Origin: Pachysolen tannophilus NRRL Y-2460
Taxonomy: Eukaryota
Assembly: GCA_001661245.1 (NCBI GenBank)
Contig: KV454013.1
Span: 1,272,502 to 1,336,501, forward strand
Direction: 5' to 3'
DNA: 64,000 nt
Part shown: in pieces, positions 35,463 through 48,468 of the stretch
How positions within the stretch are numbered: position 1 is the stretch's first letter
Layout: each line of letters begins with the position of its first letter
The notes under the pieces: model-generated
What the model was told of the DNA's origin: nothing
The model's input: only the letters and a program-made list of their open reading frames with translations
The model's database searches: none
Made by a program: the position numbers and the translations under genes

Positions 35463-36111
35463 AAAGGCATTTTTTTTTTTTTTTTTTTTTTCTAGAATGG
35501 GTTTTATTCTGTATTATATTTGATGTTTTGGATTTAACTTTTTATACATTATTTTTTTTTTTGTTCTCACAGTTCTCATCGTTATCGTTGAATTCATTGT
35601 TGAATTACTATTGTGGATCATATTTCATTCTTATTTTTCAGTTCTGAATTTATTGTCTTCTTTCTATATACTTTAAACTCTCTATATAGATGATTTTCTT
35701 TTTATTTTTTTAAAATGTTCTTTTTGTTTCTGGTCTTGGAGATATATTATTTTTCATTTATATATGACAATGCTCACTATATACTAATGATAATCCAAAG
35801 AGAAGTTGCATCAAATAAAATAAAACTAATCAACCAATTGTAGCCTACATTTGCTCAAGTTCATGGTTTTATAAACGACATAGATTTATAATGGAAGTGT
35901 ATGAAATATCAAATGTGAATTAAATTTATTTGTTCTCATAATGTCAACACATCTTCGCCAACAAATCTATATCTGTTTACTTACCTTTAATTAATCCACC
36001 AATTCATTTTCACCGAGGTCATATATTAATTAGACTGTTCCATAGTATTGAATAAGCTACAGAAATTTAGCTTGATTGACTAAATAATAAAGAAAAAAGA
36101 AAAGAAAAAAA

Positions 36112-36678
36112 ATGGACAACGAGGAAGACGGTAGTAATAACAAATACTATAATGATTTTTTGAAACAAGTAAACCGTGCTAAGTTAACCTATCAAACATA
36201 CTTGGATAAAATAACTCCACATGCGGTTTATAGGTGGGCATCTTTTTATGTTTTGATATTTCTGTTTATGCTCAGAATATTCATGACAGAAAGTTGGTAC
36301 ATTGTTTGTTATACCCATGCTATATATCTTTTAAATTTGTTTTTGGCCTTTTTGACCCCGAAGTTTGACCCCTCGTTGGAACAGGAGCAACGTGATGAAT
36401 CTATGGAAGAAGGAGCTGCTGCAATGAATGAGGAAGATTTCAGGCCTTTTATTAGAAGATTGCCCGAGTTTAAGTTTTGGTATAATGCTACCTGGGCTAC
36501 CATTTTAGCGTTGTTTAGTACATTGTTCAAATTCCTTGATATTCCAGTTTTTTGGCCAATTTTGCTCATGTATTTCATCATACTTTTCACGTTGACTATG
36601 AAGAAACAAATTCAGCACATGATTAAGTACAAATATATTCCATGGGATTTAGGTAAGAAACATTACTCAAGAAAATGA
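36112..36678 (+). CDS. RER1: Golgi-to-ER retrieval receptor
   Basis: LLNLFLAFLTPKFDP, FRPFIRRLPEFKFW, DIPVFWPILL, QIQHMIKYKYIP. Confidence 0.96.
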   Translation: MDNEEDGSNNKYYNDFLKQVNRAKLTYQTYLDKITPHAVYRWASFYVLIFLFMLRIFMTESWYIVCYTHAIYLLNLFLAFLTPKFDPSLEQEQRDESMEEGAAAMNEEDFRPFIRRLPEFKFWYNATWATILALFSTLFKFLDIPVFWPILLMYFIILFTLTMKKQIQHMIKYKYIPWDLGKKHYSRK

Positions 36679-39600
36679 TTGAATCTAGAACAAGAGGAAA
36701 AAAATTGGTTAACTATAATTTATATATATAGCTAAGTCGATTAAATGTCAGTGGACTGGGAATTTTTGAAATGGCAGTCAGTAATTTTATTGTTGATATT
36801 TTTCTCATTTTTTCTTTATAATTCTTTGTTGCACTCTACTGTATTTTATTATTTTATCGTTTCTTTCTTCGCCAAATTTTCTCATATACATATATATATA
36901 TACGTAAGTTTGAAAGTACCAAATTTGCTTTCAAGATAGATCAAAGAAGACAATTAATTAGAACTTTGAAAGTAGGATCAACTATGTTTTTAGTAAATTC
37001 CTTTAAGATTTATAAACACATTTTGTTTAGGCAAGTAAGAATGATTTTACTTTGGAGCTCGGAGCTCGGAGCTTGGAGCTTGATCTCATCTGTGAAATGT
37101 AAAATATTGGAAAAAAAAAATAATTTTGGTAAATGCAGTAAAACATTTGTTAACTTTTACTATTAATTTGAATTCTATCAAACTCTATTACAAGTTTTGA
37201 TTTCTAGTAATATAAAGCCGTTGTAGAGGAGCGAAAACATAAATATTATGTTTTCACTGCACCAGCAGATCATTTATCGCTCTAAAATCTATGATCATTT
37301 TGATTTGACAACATTTTTAAATAGTTCTCATGAAGTGCTATTCTTTTCTTGAAACCTACAGTATTGCAGTCAGCCTTAAAGTAAGTTATTCAAAATTTTG
37401 TCTTTCATAGTCACCATTACATTATTCTTTTAATTTCAAATGAATCTCAGAAAGCAAAAAAATTAAAAAACGAAAAACAAAAAAAATAGCAAAGAAAATG
37501 CAAAAAAAATGCAAAAAAAAAAAGTAAAAAAAAACATTTTGGCTATTGATGCAATCAATATTCAATCTTGAGAAATCAGAAATTATGATATCCTTCGAGG
37601 ATAATTTTAAAAAAATTGAAGTTTTACTTACTAGCTTTCATAAAAAAAATAAATATTTTTAAAATTATATGTAAAAAGAACTATCTCCAAGTTATTTTTA
37701 CAGAGTTGTTATATTAATTAATTTAAATTATTCAATAAGCGGTCCTGCCTAAGAACATTCTATATTCATAAAGATAAAGTGCCTGATTGGAAAACAACAA
37801 AAACGGTTGTTTCTGTTAAGCAAATACTGTAATTACAAAAAAAAAAAGCTAGCTTTCAGCAGAATTCAAAAATATCTCGTAAGAGCAAATTAATATCAGA
37901 AAGAAAGAATATATATTAGACAGTAATTCGTAATCAAGATCACTTCTATTAGGTCGCCAAAATTTTTTTTAGTTCAATGAAGACAAACATAAAAAAACAT
38001 TTGTGAACATATCATTGAAATCATGTTCTTGTTTAACTCGCAATCCTGAGAATTCAAAAAAATAATGGAAGCGATTAAATTCGAATACGTCTCTTTTAAT
38101 AAACGACTTCATTAATTAATAAAAAAGGTTAGTAAACGAAGGTAATCTTCCCGACGAATTACCTAACTTGGTATAAGTAGTTTCATTATTTCAGTTTGTA
38201 TCCGAGTTTCCAAAACGTAAATTTGCTTACAGTTATCTCAATCTTCAAGATATCACTTTCATCTTATAACCTCTCAGTACTACCGCAACGTTGTGCCCCC
38301 ACAATTTCTTTCTGACAACTGTGTTTATTGTTTATTCTCAAAGCAGCGGAATCAAACTTCATTTTACGATTGAAATCACTCAAGAAGCAAAATATTCATA
38401 CTCTACTGGTTCACATTCATAAGAACTTTCCATGAAGGAACTCATCCTATCTAAGTTCATGTGACATTTTTACTAGAATGAAGTTCATTTTGATTTCCTA
38501 TACTAAAATTTATTAAGAACTACAACCTATCAACCTTACTGTAACTTACTGATTTACAGAGGGCGTAAAATATTTTTTAAGTAACTTGCCTACATACAGC
38601 AAATTTCTAATTTCCTCCGAACTTAAAAGTCACGAAGACTCATGAAATGCAACATGCTACAGCGATATTAATTATTTTCTCATTTATGTTTCAATTTCCA
38701 TAGTGGGTGTTAAACACTGAAAAGTTCGAAACTTTCAACTTCAGCGTAACTCACAATAAGATAGCTTTCTTCGTTAGAGAAAGCAAAAAACAATTTAAAA
38801 CATGAGCTTATTTTATATAAAGAAATATCACAATTCAGTTAAAAAATTTATGGTTTTCATTTTCTCTTGAAACAAAAAAAGATCAAATAAAAGTCTTATG
38901 CTCCACTGTTTCCAGTCACTGTTAAAAGGAGGTTTCTAATTGTGGTTAACTACCGCACTGACTTTGAATTTTGTCTCAATATTACAAAGTTCTCAGAAAC
39001 ACTGGCGACTCTTATTAAATAAATTAAGAATAAATTAAAAATGAGTGTTCCTAACCGTTAGACATTTTTTTTCAACTTTTTGCTTGGAGACGTAGAAGGA
39101 AGGAAACATACTTCATAACTTAAAATCAATTCGACCAGTTTTCTAGCAATGAACACAAAACAATAATTCCTTGCGGGTTTTTCCATCCTTACCCAATCTT
39201 GATCTTAGAGCAACAGAGATACCTGTTGCGTAGAAATAAAAAACACTTTTTTGAAAATATGCCTGCTGAAGCAATATGACACTTAAGGAAGATAAACTAA
39301 ACTTTTGTTGATACTCAGACAAACTAATTTCTCGGAGCTGCAATTTGGCACCTTCTGGAACAGCAAGCAAATTGAATAAGGATAAGGTTCTCCCTTTAAT
39401 TTGACTCTCGTTAGTATAACATTCTAAGATCATGTCTAGAGCCTAAGGAAGAAGGTCTCATTGAGGAACTCTCAAATTAAAATATACGACATGTTTTGCT
39501 GGTCTAGAAAACGATAGTCACTAGGCGGGAACAGCAATCAGCCATACTGTGGGTAGCCTCATTAAATAGATGATAAGATATAGACGATACCGAGAGATAT

Positions 39601-42600
39601 CGGATGAGGTTAATTATCAAGAGTAGATCACTTTTTCTTTGTTTCAAACCCTACATTTATAAAGTTTGTAGGTTTATAGCTTTTATAAAGCAATTAGTCA
39701 ATAGATTTAGTTTTTTAAGCAATCATGACTTGCCATATGATTTTTACATATCATTAGTTATTTCGTATTTGCTACTTTCCTCATAACAATATTGATTAAA
39801 AGTTCCTCCGTAAACCAATTCAATTTAACACAAAGTCAAAGTTATATTTCTATTAGGCATTGTTAATGCTGCAACTGGGTTACTTGAAATTGGGCCTACT
39901 TTTCAAATTCATTTCAGGCATTCAGCAGCTCATATCTATTTTGAAAAAAGACACATGAACCAGAGTCGTTTTTGACTAGATTATATCAGTTGGTTTTTTG
40001 TAAATCCTTGTAATTTTCTTAAAGCTCTGAACATTTACAGCACTTAATAGTTATTTATATCCTTGAATAAGTATTATACTAACCCGAACTTTTTTTTTAC
40101 TATTTCATCAGAAAAGAGACAGTAAATGGAATACTTTTATCTTGCGCTACAGTGTCTTATCGGTACTTCTCGACCATCAAATGATAATTTTAACAGCGAA
40201 AAAAAAAAAAAGGTCCTTCAGAAATGTTCTAGGTGGTTAGGAACCCCTTCCCTGGCTACAGTAAGATACTAAAAACTTCATGCTGCTTTGTATAAAGTAA
40301 ACTCAAAATTGTAACTATTATCTTTATGAAACAGTCAATAATAAACTCGATATTTAACTCCATAGAGGCCTTCTTTTGGTTTTCCTGCAGAACTTCCATA
40401 TGGTGACAGTTACATCGTGGAAACTGGAAAAATCATTATTCTTGCTCTACCCTCTAACGTTTTTAAATGGCCATCTACAGGCAGTATCATCAATTCTCTC
40501 AATCGGTCTTCTCATCTTCTCATACTATCGATCCACTAACGATTAGAATAGATTTGGAAATATCCTTTCTGTATCTACAACTTTTGCCTGAACTAATTTA
40601 GCTTACAGGTGACTATTGTATGTTCGATGCCCATTTCAACTATCTAGATTTTTTGGCTTCCATAATTCAAATTAATGCATAAGCAATAGAGATGGCGAAC
40701 CTTAAAGTATTTTTAATTCTCTCAGACTGTTATAGCCAGAAAGCTTTTTAGTGCATATTCTGCCTGCAACAATAGGGTTAAGCCTCAGAAATGTATAGAT
40801 GCTTGCAAAACGAGATCTTTGGGAGATATGCATCTCAATTCAATTTTGTTTCATCAAGTTTAGTTCACATTAGTAGGTGTATACACAAAAAATAGTTTAT
40901 TTTCTTTCTGATCCGAGAAGAAATGCATTAATGCTTTTAATGAAGTGGTTATTTCTTTCCGGCTATAAGAAGAGGAATTTAAAAATTTGATTTTTTGAAA
41001 GAAAGTTCTTTAAATCATGTCGTACTTCATTAATAGTAAAAGTAGATAAAAAGTTTTCCTGCCATGTATATAGAATATTCAGAATAACAAGAAATAACGC
41101 ACTATTCATTAAATGTCAGATCTGACTACATCAAAAAATCTAAAACCCGTATGGAGATACTTATCCAGTTTTTTTTGGCATATAGAATATTTGAGTAAGA
41201 AAACAGATAACATCTAAAGGGCATATTGCAGTAGAAATTATTACTTTGTAAAAGTAGATTTGGGCTCCTAACCATCAGAAGTTTTTTATCATATACTATT
41301 GTGAGAGATGTTTTGCGTTTGTTATTTCGTTAAGTTAGGCGCTTTTGAATAACCCTTGGTTTCAATGATTTGTTTTGAAATCTTATATGGATAGTATTGT
41401 AAGTTGAAACTCCCATAAAGTCTAATTTGAGGAGACACAAGAAGGTGGGTCATTTATGTATGTTCTTGAGCTTCTGCAGTAATTAGTAAATCTAAAACAT
41501 TAAAAAGAAAGAAAAACTTTGGCTGGTTTTTCTTGCATCTACAATGTTTATAGCTACTAGTTTCAGATTTATCTCTCAAAATTAGGAGAGATGGAGTAAT
41601 TATTAGAAGTTCCTTGATCTTTCGTCTTAGGTCAGTGAACTGTCAATTTTGCTTCTAAATTGTAAACTGAATTCAAAGATATATGGAATTGTTATTATTA
41701 TCATCAACAAAATTTGCAGAATTAGAGTTTAGAACGTTGAGTGGCTATTATTTGGGTCTATAGTTTTCAAGTATTAACGTAAGGCAAGTATTGAGAATTG
41801 TACTGTCTGATTCCAGACAAACTTTAAATAATCTTCGCAGTCATAATTATTATATCTTCAGAAATTGGAATACCTAGTTGCTATTAATTGGCGAGTTAGC
41901 TATAGTGGATATAACTTAAAATATAATTTAAATAACATTTTATAATAATGGAGAAACTAGAAAGTAAAACTTCTAAATGTTCTTGGAAGGCTTTGACTAT
42001 CCTTAACTTAAATCAAGTTATTGGGAATGGTCATGCAAGATAATGTTTTGAGTGAATATAATTTGATCAATGTCATCTATAGGTAATTATTTCAGCTTAA
42101 TTTCAAAGAAACAATACGAGGCAAACGTAAACGAAGAAGAAATCCGACAAGGAATTTAGAAAAAATTGAAAGGTATTTAAATATTTTCTGAAAAAGGTCT
42201 GGTTTGATGCTAAGACAATTACATTTTACAAGAAGTACATAAAATAAATTGATATTTCAGATAAAGAGATGATGAATTCAAAGAAACAAAAGTCTATATA
42301 TGAAGTTTGGGGCATTCAAACATTGTCGGAGGTACTGAATAAAGCGATATTTTCTGAAATCCTCAGAAAATGAAGTGTAACCTCTGTTTGAAGAAATTAA
42401 TAAGTAAAACTATTTATCTTTAAATCCAGCGGACACATTCCGATGTTAATATTTTTTGGTATCCAAAAATGCAAATTCAGTATTATTTGAAATTTGGGAA
42501 AGAATTTTCATGTTTAAGTTTCTGTGCAAAAGTTAGCTGGAGTGCAAACCTGCTTGAAATGAAAAATAGTGAGTGGTAAGTGTTACATTCAGTAAAGAAA

Positions 42601-43431
42601 TATTAACAGAAATTAGACTAGACTAATTCGCGTATAACTAATAGTCGAATTTGATAAAAGTTTATAAGTTATTTGAATTAAAGAAATAGAAGAAAAGAAT
42701 ACTTATCTGTAGATATTTACAGATTTTTGAGTGAAATAACCTCTAAGATTTCTCACCATAATGCACTCTGAAATATCTTAGGCTAGAAAGGTTTGTATTT
42801 TTGATTGAAATTTCGAAACTTTTATGATTTTTCTACTTTAGAAGTGTTGAGAAGTACATAGTACAAGAGTAAAGAAATCAAAGGTCAGGAGATTGTATTT
42901 TTTGTGAGGGAATCAACCACCTATCGTAGAAGAGGCGGTTGAAAAAATATAATTTTGTTTTCACTTAAGCGTTAATTATTCAATTTCTTACGACAGTAAA
43001 TTTTATGTTTCAGTTAGCGTTCTTCAAATGACTGGAAAGCAGATCTTTCTGGCTCGTTTATTCACTGTCCATTTTTTTTCGTATTTTAGCTTGTTTTTGA
43101 TTATAGATATTGCTAATCTACATCACTTACTTACATTTAAATTTTTTTTAAAAAAGTAGGGCTGCATAGCATCTATTTTTCAAGTAGATGCATTAAGAAA
43201 AATGTTAGCAATTATCTCAGTAATATTATTGATATTATTTTTATTATTTATATTATTTATATTATGAGGAGAAATCAGAAATCATCATTGATTGTCACGA
43301 GTGTGATGTATTACTGAGGTTGTTTTCAAGCTGGAATTTGTACTTGGAAAATAAGTGAAAAGTTTGATGGTGAATACTCGTTTCAGAGAGAGTACTTTAG
43401 TATCATTTGTTATCATCGGCAAAGAAGTAAT
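36679..43431. other. 6.75 kb gene-free interval; candidate regional centromere / replication origin
   Basis: No credible ORF; by far the longest intergenic in the window; GC-skew switch; centromere-linked orthologues on both sides. Function is inferred. Confidence 0.65.
37054..37080 (+). repeat. Short tandem repeat (GGAGCTY)x4
   Basis: ggagctc ggagctc ggagctt ggagct. Confidence 0.8.
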
Positions 43432-45207
43432 ATGGGGAAAATCCGCCGAAGCAGAACTGGCTGTTTTAATTGCAAATCCAGGCGTCGAAAATGTGATGAA
43501 TCCAAGCCAGCTTGTCAAAATTGTCTTAAAAGTGGTAGGAATTGCGAATATGGTATAAGATTGTCTTTTGATGTTGATGACAGTAGATATGATTCGAATA
43601 ATTTTCATGTGAATGATAAAGGTGTGATAAAGTATGGCTTTAGAGGACGACCACGTTTGAAGGAAAGCATAGGCGAGAGAGGAACAAATGATTCCGGAAA
43701 TTCATCGTTTCAACAGATGACGAGTTCAAGGGAAACTCTAGGAAAAAATATTGATAGTCAATTAAAGCCTGTTGAAGATTCAACTGTACTCGATATTCTC
43801 AGTTCGGACTTTAACATCAACAATTTGTTGAACAGTCCTAAAAATTCGGAGTCTTTGAATGAGTCATTGAATTTAACTAATAACCAGAATCTTAATTGCA
43901 ACGATACTTCAGAGGTTTTGACTCTTGTGGATAATGAAAATTTATATCTGTCAACCCAATTGTCATATGCTGAAGAGAATATGATGTTGCAACATTTTTT
44001 TGCAAACTTGTTGCCGTTATTAGATTCACATCCAAATGCGCCTTGGCCTAAGCTAGCTTTAAAATATTGTGATTTTGAGATTGCTCGCAGTTGTTTTATA
44101 TCATTATCCTGTATGCATTTGTATGAAAGCACAGGAGATAAAGAATTTTATAGCAAAGGATTAGTTCATATTGATAATGCAATGGAATGCTTGAAAAATC
44201 ATATGAAACAGGGCCATATGTTAAATAACAATATGATAAATAGCCATTATAGTGGAAAAATCAATATCAATGTTGATATTATAGTTGGTCATTTAAAAGA
44301 AGAAACCATGAAGAAAAAACAATCAAGTTTTTTCGTTATTTTAATTTTGATATATGTTCATCTTTTATTTTCAGTTTTGGAATCAGGAAGGTCAATGCTA
44401 ACGAGAATTTTTTGGAAATTGTTTGCTACCATTACAGAAGATCCACTTTTCAAGCAAGTTTTAGGGAAAATAGATCAATCTCAAACTTTTATATGTGTTT
44501 TATCCTGGTTTGACACTATAACCGCAGTGGTTTCACCTGATTGTAGACTTCCGTATTGTAGTCCAAGATGTTATGGGACCAAAAATGATGCGATTTCAAT
44601 TGCTAAAATGAATGGATGCCCAGGTGAGATTTTCACTTGTATTGCTAAAATTTGTAAATTAAGAAGAGATATCAAATATAATCAGATTGAACTAGATGTA
44701 TTAATGAAAAAATATACAGAAATCAAATTTGAGTTACTTAATTATAGAGAATATGTATCATTACAAGTTGTAAATCAGATAGAAAATGATGATAGTATAT
44801 GTTTAAAATCTGAAGATAAATATGATGTTAGATTAAGGGGTGCACAATGCTGGGCATTATCGTCTTTAATCAAATTGGTTTCTGTTGTTAAACCTGAAGG
44901 TTATAGAGTAATAATACAGCAATTAATTAGTGAATTTATTCAAGTTTATCATTCAATGGATCCTAAATCTTCAATTATTGTTCAAATGGTTTGGCCTATA
45001 TTTAATGTTGGTTGTGAGTGTATCGAAGAACATGATAAGGAAAAATTGAGAATTTTTATGACTAGGTTATATCAGAATGCTCAGATGGGTACTTTATTCA
45101 CTTTAAGGAAAATTGTTGAAGAAGTTTGGGAAACTGGTAAGACATCTGAGGAAATTTTATCCGGTAAAGAATGGTTGGGATCTGGTATCGATTATTTACC
45201 GTTATGA
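43432..45207 (+). CDS. Zn(II)2Cys6 transcription factor with Fungal_trans_2-like C-terminal domain
   Basis: [34 protein letters not shown]-terminal WPIFNVGCE. Confidence 0.88.
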   Translation: MGKIRRSRTGCFNCKSRRRKCDESKPACQNCLKSGRNCEYGIRLSFDVDDSRYDSNNFHVNDKGVIKYGFRGRPRLKESIGERGTNDSGNSSFQQMTSSRETLGKNIDSQLKPVEDSTVLDILSSDFNINNLLNSPKNSESLNESLNLTNNQNLNCNDTSEVLTLVDNENLYLSTQLSYAEENMMLQHFFANLLPLLDSHPNAPWPKLALKYCDFEIARSCFISLSCMHLYESTGDKEFYSKGLVHIDNAMECLKNHMKQGHMLNNNMINSHYSGKININVDIIVGHLKEETMKKKQSSFFVILILIYVHLLFSVLESGRSMLTRIFWKLFATITEDPLFKQVLGKIDQSQTFICVLSWFDTITAVVSPDCRLPYCSPRCYGTKNDAISIAKMNGCPGEIFTCIAKICKLRRDIKYNQIELDVLMKKYTEIKFELLNYREYVSLQVVNQIENDDSICLKSEDKYDVRLRGAQCWALSSLIKLVSVVKPEGYRVIIQQLISEFIQVYHSMDPKSSIIVQMVWPIFNVGCECIEEHDKEKLRIFMTRLYQNAQMGTLFTLRKIVEEVWETGKTSEEILSGKEWLGSGIDYLPL

Positions 45208-45381
45208 AAAGAAACATAGATTTAAAAATTTAAATTAACCAAAACTAATTAGTATATATATATATATATATATATATTTGTATAATTGTAGGTAAAATAA
45301 ATTTACAAAAAAAAAAAAAAAAAATTAAAAGAAATTAAAGAACAAAAAGCTAACAAAACAGATACAAGAAAAAAACTTGAC

Positions 45382-46932
45382 TTATAATTTTTGCATAGCA
45401 GCAACATCAGTGGATTGAACGTGATCTTCATCTTCTTCAATAGCTTGTTGCAATGCATCTAATGAGACTTTTTCATCTTCGATGACTAAGTTAATTTGTA
45501 ATTTCTTAATACCGTAACCAACTGGGATCAATTGATGAGCACCCCAGACTAAACCATCTTGTTCAATAGCTCTAACATTAGCTATTAATTCATCCATATT
45601 GGTTTCATCATCCCATGGTTTAACATCCAAGGTGACTATAGATTTAGCAGCTGGTTTTGGGCCCTTAGCAGCCTTCTTTGCAGCATATTCAGCTAATCTT
45701 TGTTGTTTCAATTTTTCAGCTTCTTCATCAACTTCTTCATCATCAGAACCAAACAAATCGACATCATCGTCATCTTCTGCAGCGGCAGAGGCAGCAGCAG
45801 CTGGAACTTTACCTGCAGGTAAAGTTGCAAATTCATCTGTGAATGAAGCAATGTGGTTGAACCATCTTGCAAAATTTGGAAATTCCTTTTGGAAATTTTT
45901 GTAAACGGTAACGTCAGCTTGTGTTGCTGAAGAACTAAATACAAGAAAATAATAAAAAAAAAAAAAAAGAAAAAAATTGTTAGCAGTCAATTCGAATTAT
46001 AAAAATTTTTTATTTTTTTTTCTTCTTCTTCTCAACTTTCTTTAATGAATCTAGTATGATCTATAGTTATACTTTATGGATCAGGAAAGTGAATTGGTTT
46101 TGATACTCATACAATGGGTCTTGAGTCCATCTCATAAACACGGACCAAAGATTATGTTCATCATTCTAAAAGTATAAATATAAATAACTAGATCAAAACT
46201 CAAAGCCAATCTTTTTTCTTTTAAAAATTTTTTTTCTTAAGCAATGAGTAAAAGAAAGAGAGAGCACGAGGAATGAAATATTAACAAAAAAAAAAAAATT
46301 TTTTTTTTTTTTTTTAAATGAATTTGTATACNNNNNNNNNNNNNNNNNNNNNNNNNNNNNNNNNNNNNNNNNNNNNNNNNNNNNNNNNNNNNNNNNNNNN
46401 NNNNNNNNNNNNNNNNNNNNNNNNNNNNNNNNNNNNNNNNNNNNNNNNNNNNNNNNNNNNNNNNNNNNNNNNNNNNNNNNNNNNNNNNNNNNNNNNNNNN
46501 NNNNNNNNNNNNNNNNNNNNNNNNNNNNNNNNNNNNNNNNNNNNNNNNNNNNNNNNNNNNNNNNNNNNNNNNNNNNNNNNNNNNNNNNNNNNNNNNNNNN
46601 NNNNNNNNNNNNNNNNNNNNNNNNNNNNNNNNNNNNNNNNNNNNNNNNNNNNNNNNNNNNNNNNNNNNNNNNNNNNNNNNNNNNNNNNNNNNNNNNNNNN
46701 NNNNNNNNNNNNNNNNNNNNNNNNNNNNNNNNNNNNNNNNNNNNNNNNNNNNNNNNNNNNNNNNNNNNNNNNNNNNNNNNNNNNNNNNNNNNNNNNAAAT
46801 ATTAAACAAAAAAAAATTTTTTTTTTTTTTTTAAATGAATTTGTATACATACCCTTCAATATAAGATTTATCAGCTAAGAAAGTATTCAAAGCAGCAACC
46901 GATTCAATCTTTGAGAAATCTGAAAAGCTCAT
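45382..46932 (-). CDS. EFB1: Translation elongation factor 1B alpha (EF-1 beta); exons 46932-46853 and 45934-45382
   Basis: 80-nt exon 1 MSFSDFSK...[57 protein letters not shown]. Confidence 0.97.
46077..46168 (-). ncRNA. SNR18: Box C/D snoRNA snR18 (U18) in the EFB1 intron
   Basis: Minus strand: box C ATGATGA (46164-46158), guide CTTTGGTCCGTGTTT followed by D' ATGA, box D CTGA (46084-46081). Same host intron as yeast snR18. Ends approximate. Confidence 0.9.
46332..46796. other. Assembly gap, probably spurious (flanks overlap)
   Basis: Near-identical ~55 bp (AAATATTAA..A-run..T-run..AAATGAATTTGTATAC) on both sides of the Ns. Confidence 0.9.
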
Positions 46933-47385
46933 TTTTATTATTTATTAATTGATGGTATATTTTGTAAAAATAAAAAAAAAATATATATATATATATAAAT
47001 ATATGTATCTTATATAGGAGGACAATTCAATTGGTATAGTGTTAACCGCTGAAAAAATTTTTTTTCTCTTCAACAAAAACAATGGAAAAATTAACAAAAA
47101 AAAAAAAGTAGATGAAAAATAGGGTAACTTTGACTTAACTTTGAATTTTTTTTTCTATTAAGGGCCAGCCAGCCCTAAAAACAAAAATGAACCAACAAAC
47201 AATAAACAAGAAAGGGGCTGGTTGTGTGTGTATAATTTTTTTTTTAAATTTCTGTTTCAGGGGCTGGCGCTTAATTTGCGTTTTTTTTTTTTTTTGTTAA
47301 AACTTTTATTTATAACAAGGGACAATAATATATATATATATATATAATAAATAATTAAAACAAAGGAATTAATTATTTTATTGAA

Positions 47386-48468
47386 ATGGCGGAGGTAGAG
47401 AAACCAACATTTCCGCAGGCGCTTACCACTTCTTTCCCGTCGCGGTTGAAGAATGAGAATACTGCGTTATTTATTACTTTAAATACCGGTAGGAATACAA
47501 AGAGAAATGCAACACATGTTGTTAATTATGCTGAATTTGATAATGATTTCTTCGATGATAATGATAATGACCAGGATTTTGTGTTAGAGAATGCATCTTC
47601 ATCGTTACCTCAGCAGAATAATCTTGATTTGTCAAATTTTGAAGGTAAATTGGCAACTATGACAAAACATTTGGAATATAATGAAAATGATTTAATATAT
47701 AATGCTTCATTACCAGAAATTTTAATTCCAATTAGAATTAGTTTGGATTATCAAACAAATAAAATTACTGATTTTTTCATGTGGAATATAAATGAAACTT
47801 TGATGACACCAGAAAATTTTGCAATTATTACATGTAATGATTTAGAATTACCAAATTCATATCTGAATCAAATTTCAAATTCAATAAGACAACAAGTTGA
47901 AGAATATCAAAATTTAGCATCAATTCCATTACCAGAAGGTGAAACTCATGTAATAATAAATTTATCAGTAAATTTAGATAAACAATTTTATGAAGATAAA
48001 TTTGAATGGGATTTAGCAAATTCACAATTACTTCCTGAAGATTTTGCTGAAACAGTTGCAAGAGATTTAGGTTTATCATTAGAATTTAAACTGGCAATTG
48101 CTCACTCATTACATGAAACATTATTAAAATTGAAAAAAGAATTCATAGAAAATAATCAATTAACTTTATTACAACAATATGATATTTCAAAATTGAATTT
48201 TTGTTATCAAACAACATCAAATCTGTATGGAATTAGTTATGATCAACAAGGTTTAAGATATGATACAAAAAATTTTGGAAGTGATTGGTCCCCAGCTGTA
48301 GAAACTTTATCACAATGGGAAATAGAGAAAAGAGAAATCGAAAGAGAAAGAAATATTAGAAGATTGAAAAGAGAAACTATGAGAATAGGTGATGATTATG
48401 GAGGACCAACAAAGAGACGTTATAGAAGAAGGTTGGATGAATTGGATGGATCATATAGAAAAAATTGA
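47386..48468 (+). CDS. SFH1: RSC complex Snf5-homology subunit
   Basis: VVNYAEFD, LIPIRI, DFFMWNINE, YEDKFEWDL, EIEKREIERERNIRRLKRE. Confidence 0.92.
   Translation: MAEVEKPTFPQALTTSFPSRLKNENTALFITLNTGRNTKRNATHVVNYAEFDNDFFDDNDNDQDFVLENASSSLPQQNNLDLSNFEGKLATMTKHLEYNENDLIYNASLPEILIPIRISLDYQTNKITDFFMWNINETLMTPENFAIITCNDLELPNSYLNQISNSIRQQVEEYQNLASIPLPEGETHVIINLSVNLDKQFYEDKFEWDLANSQLLPEDFAETVARDLGLSLEFKLAIAHSLHETLLKLKKEFIENNQLTLLQQYDISKLNFCYQTTSNLYGISYDQQGLRYDTKNFGSDWSPAVETLSQWEIEKREIERERNIRRLKRETMRIGDDYGGPTKRRYRRRLDELDGSYRKN

Noticed and set aside
39143..39433. 96-aa ORF and other short ORFs in the desert
   Set aside because: No recognisable motif or transposon domain; lengths are compatible with chance.
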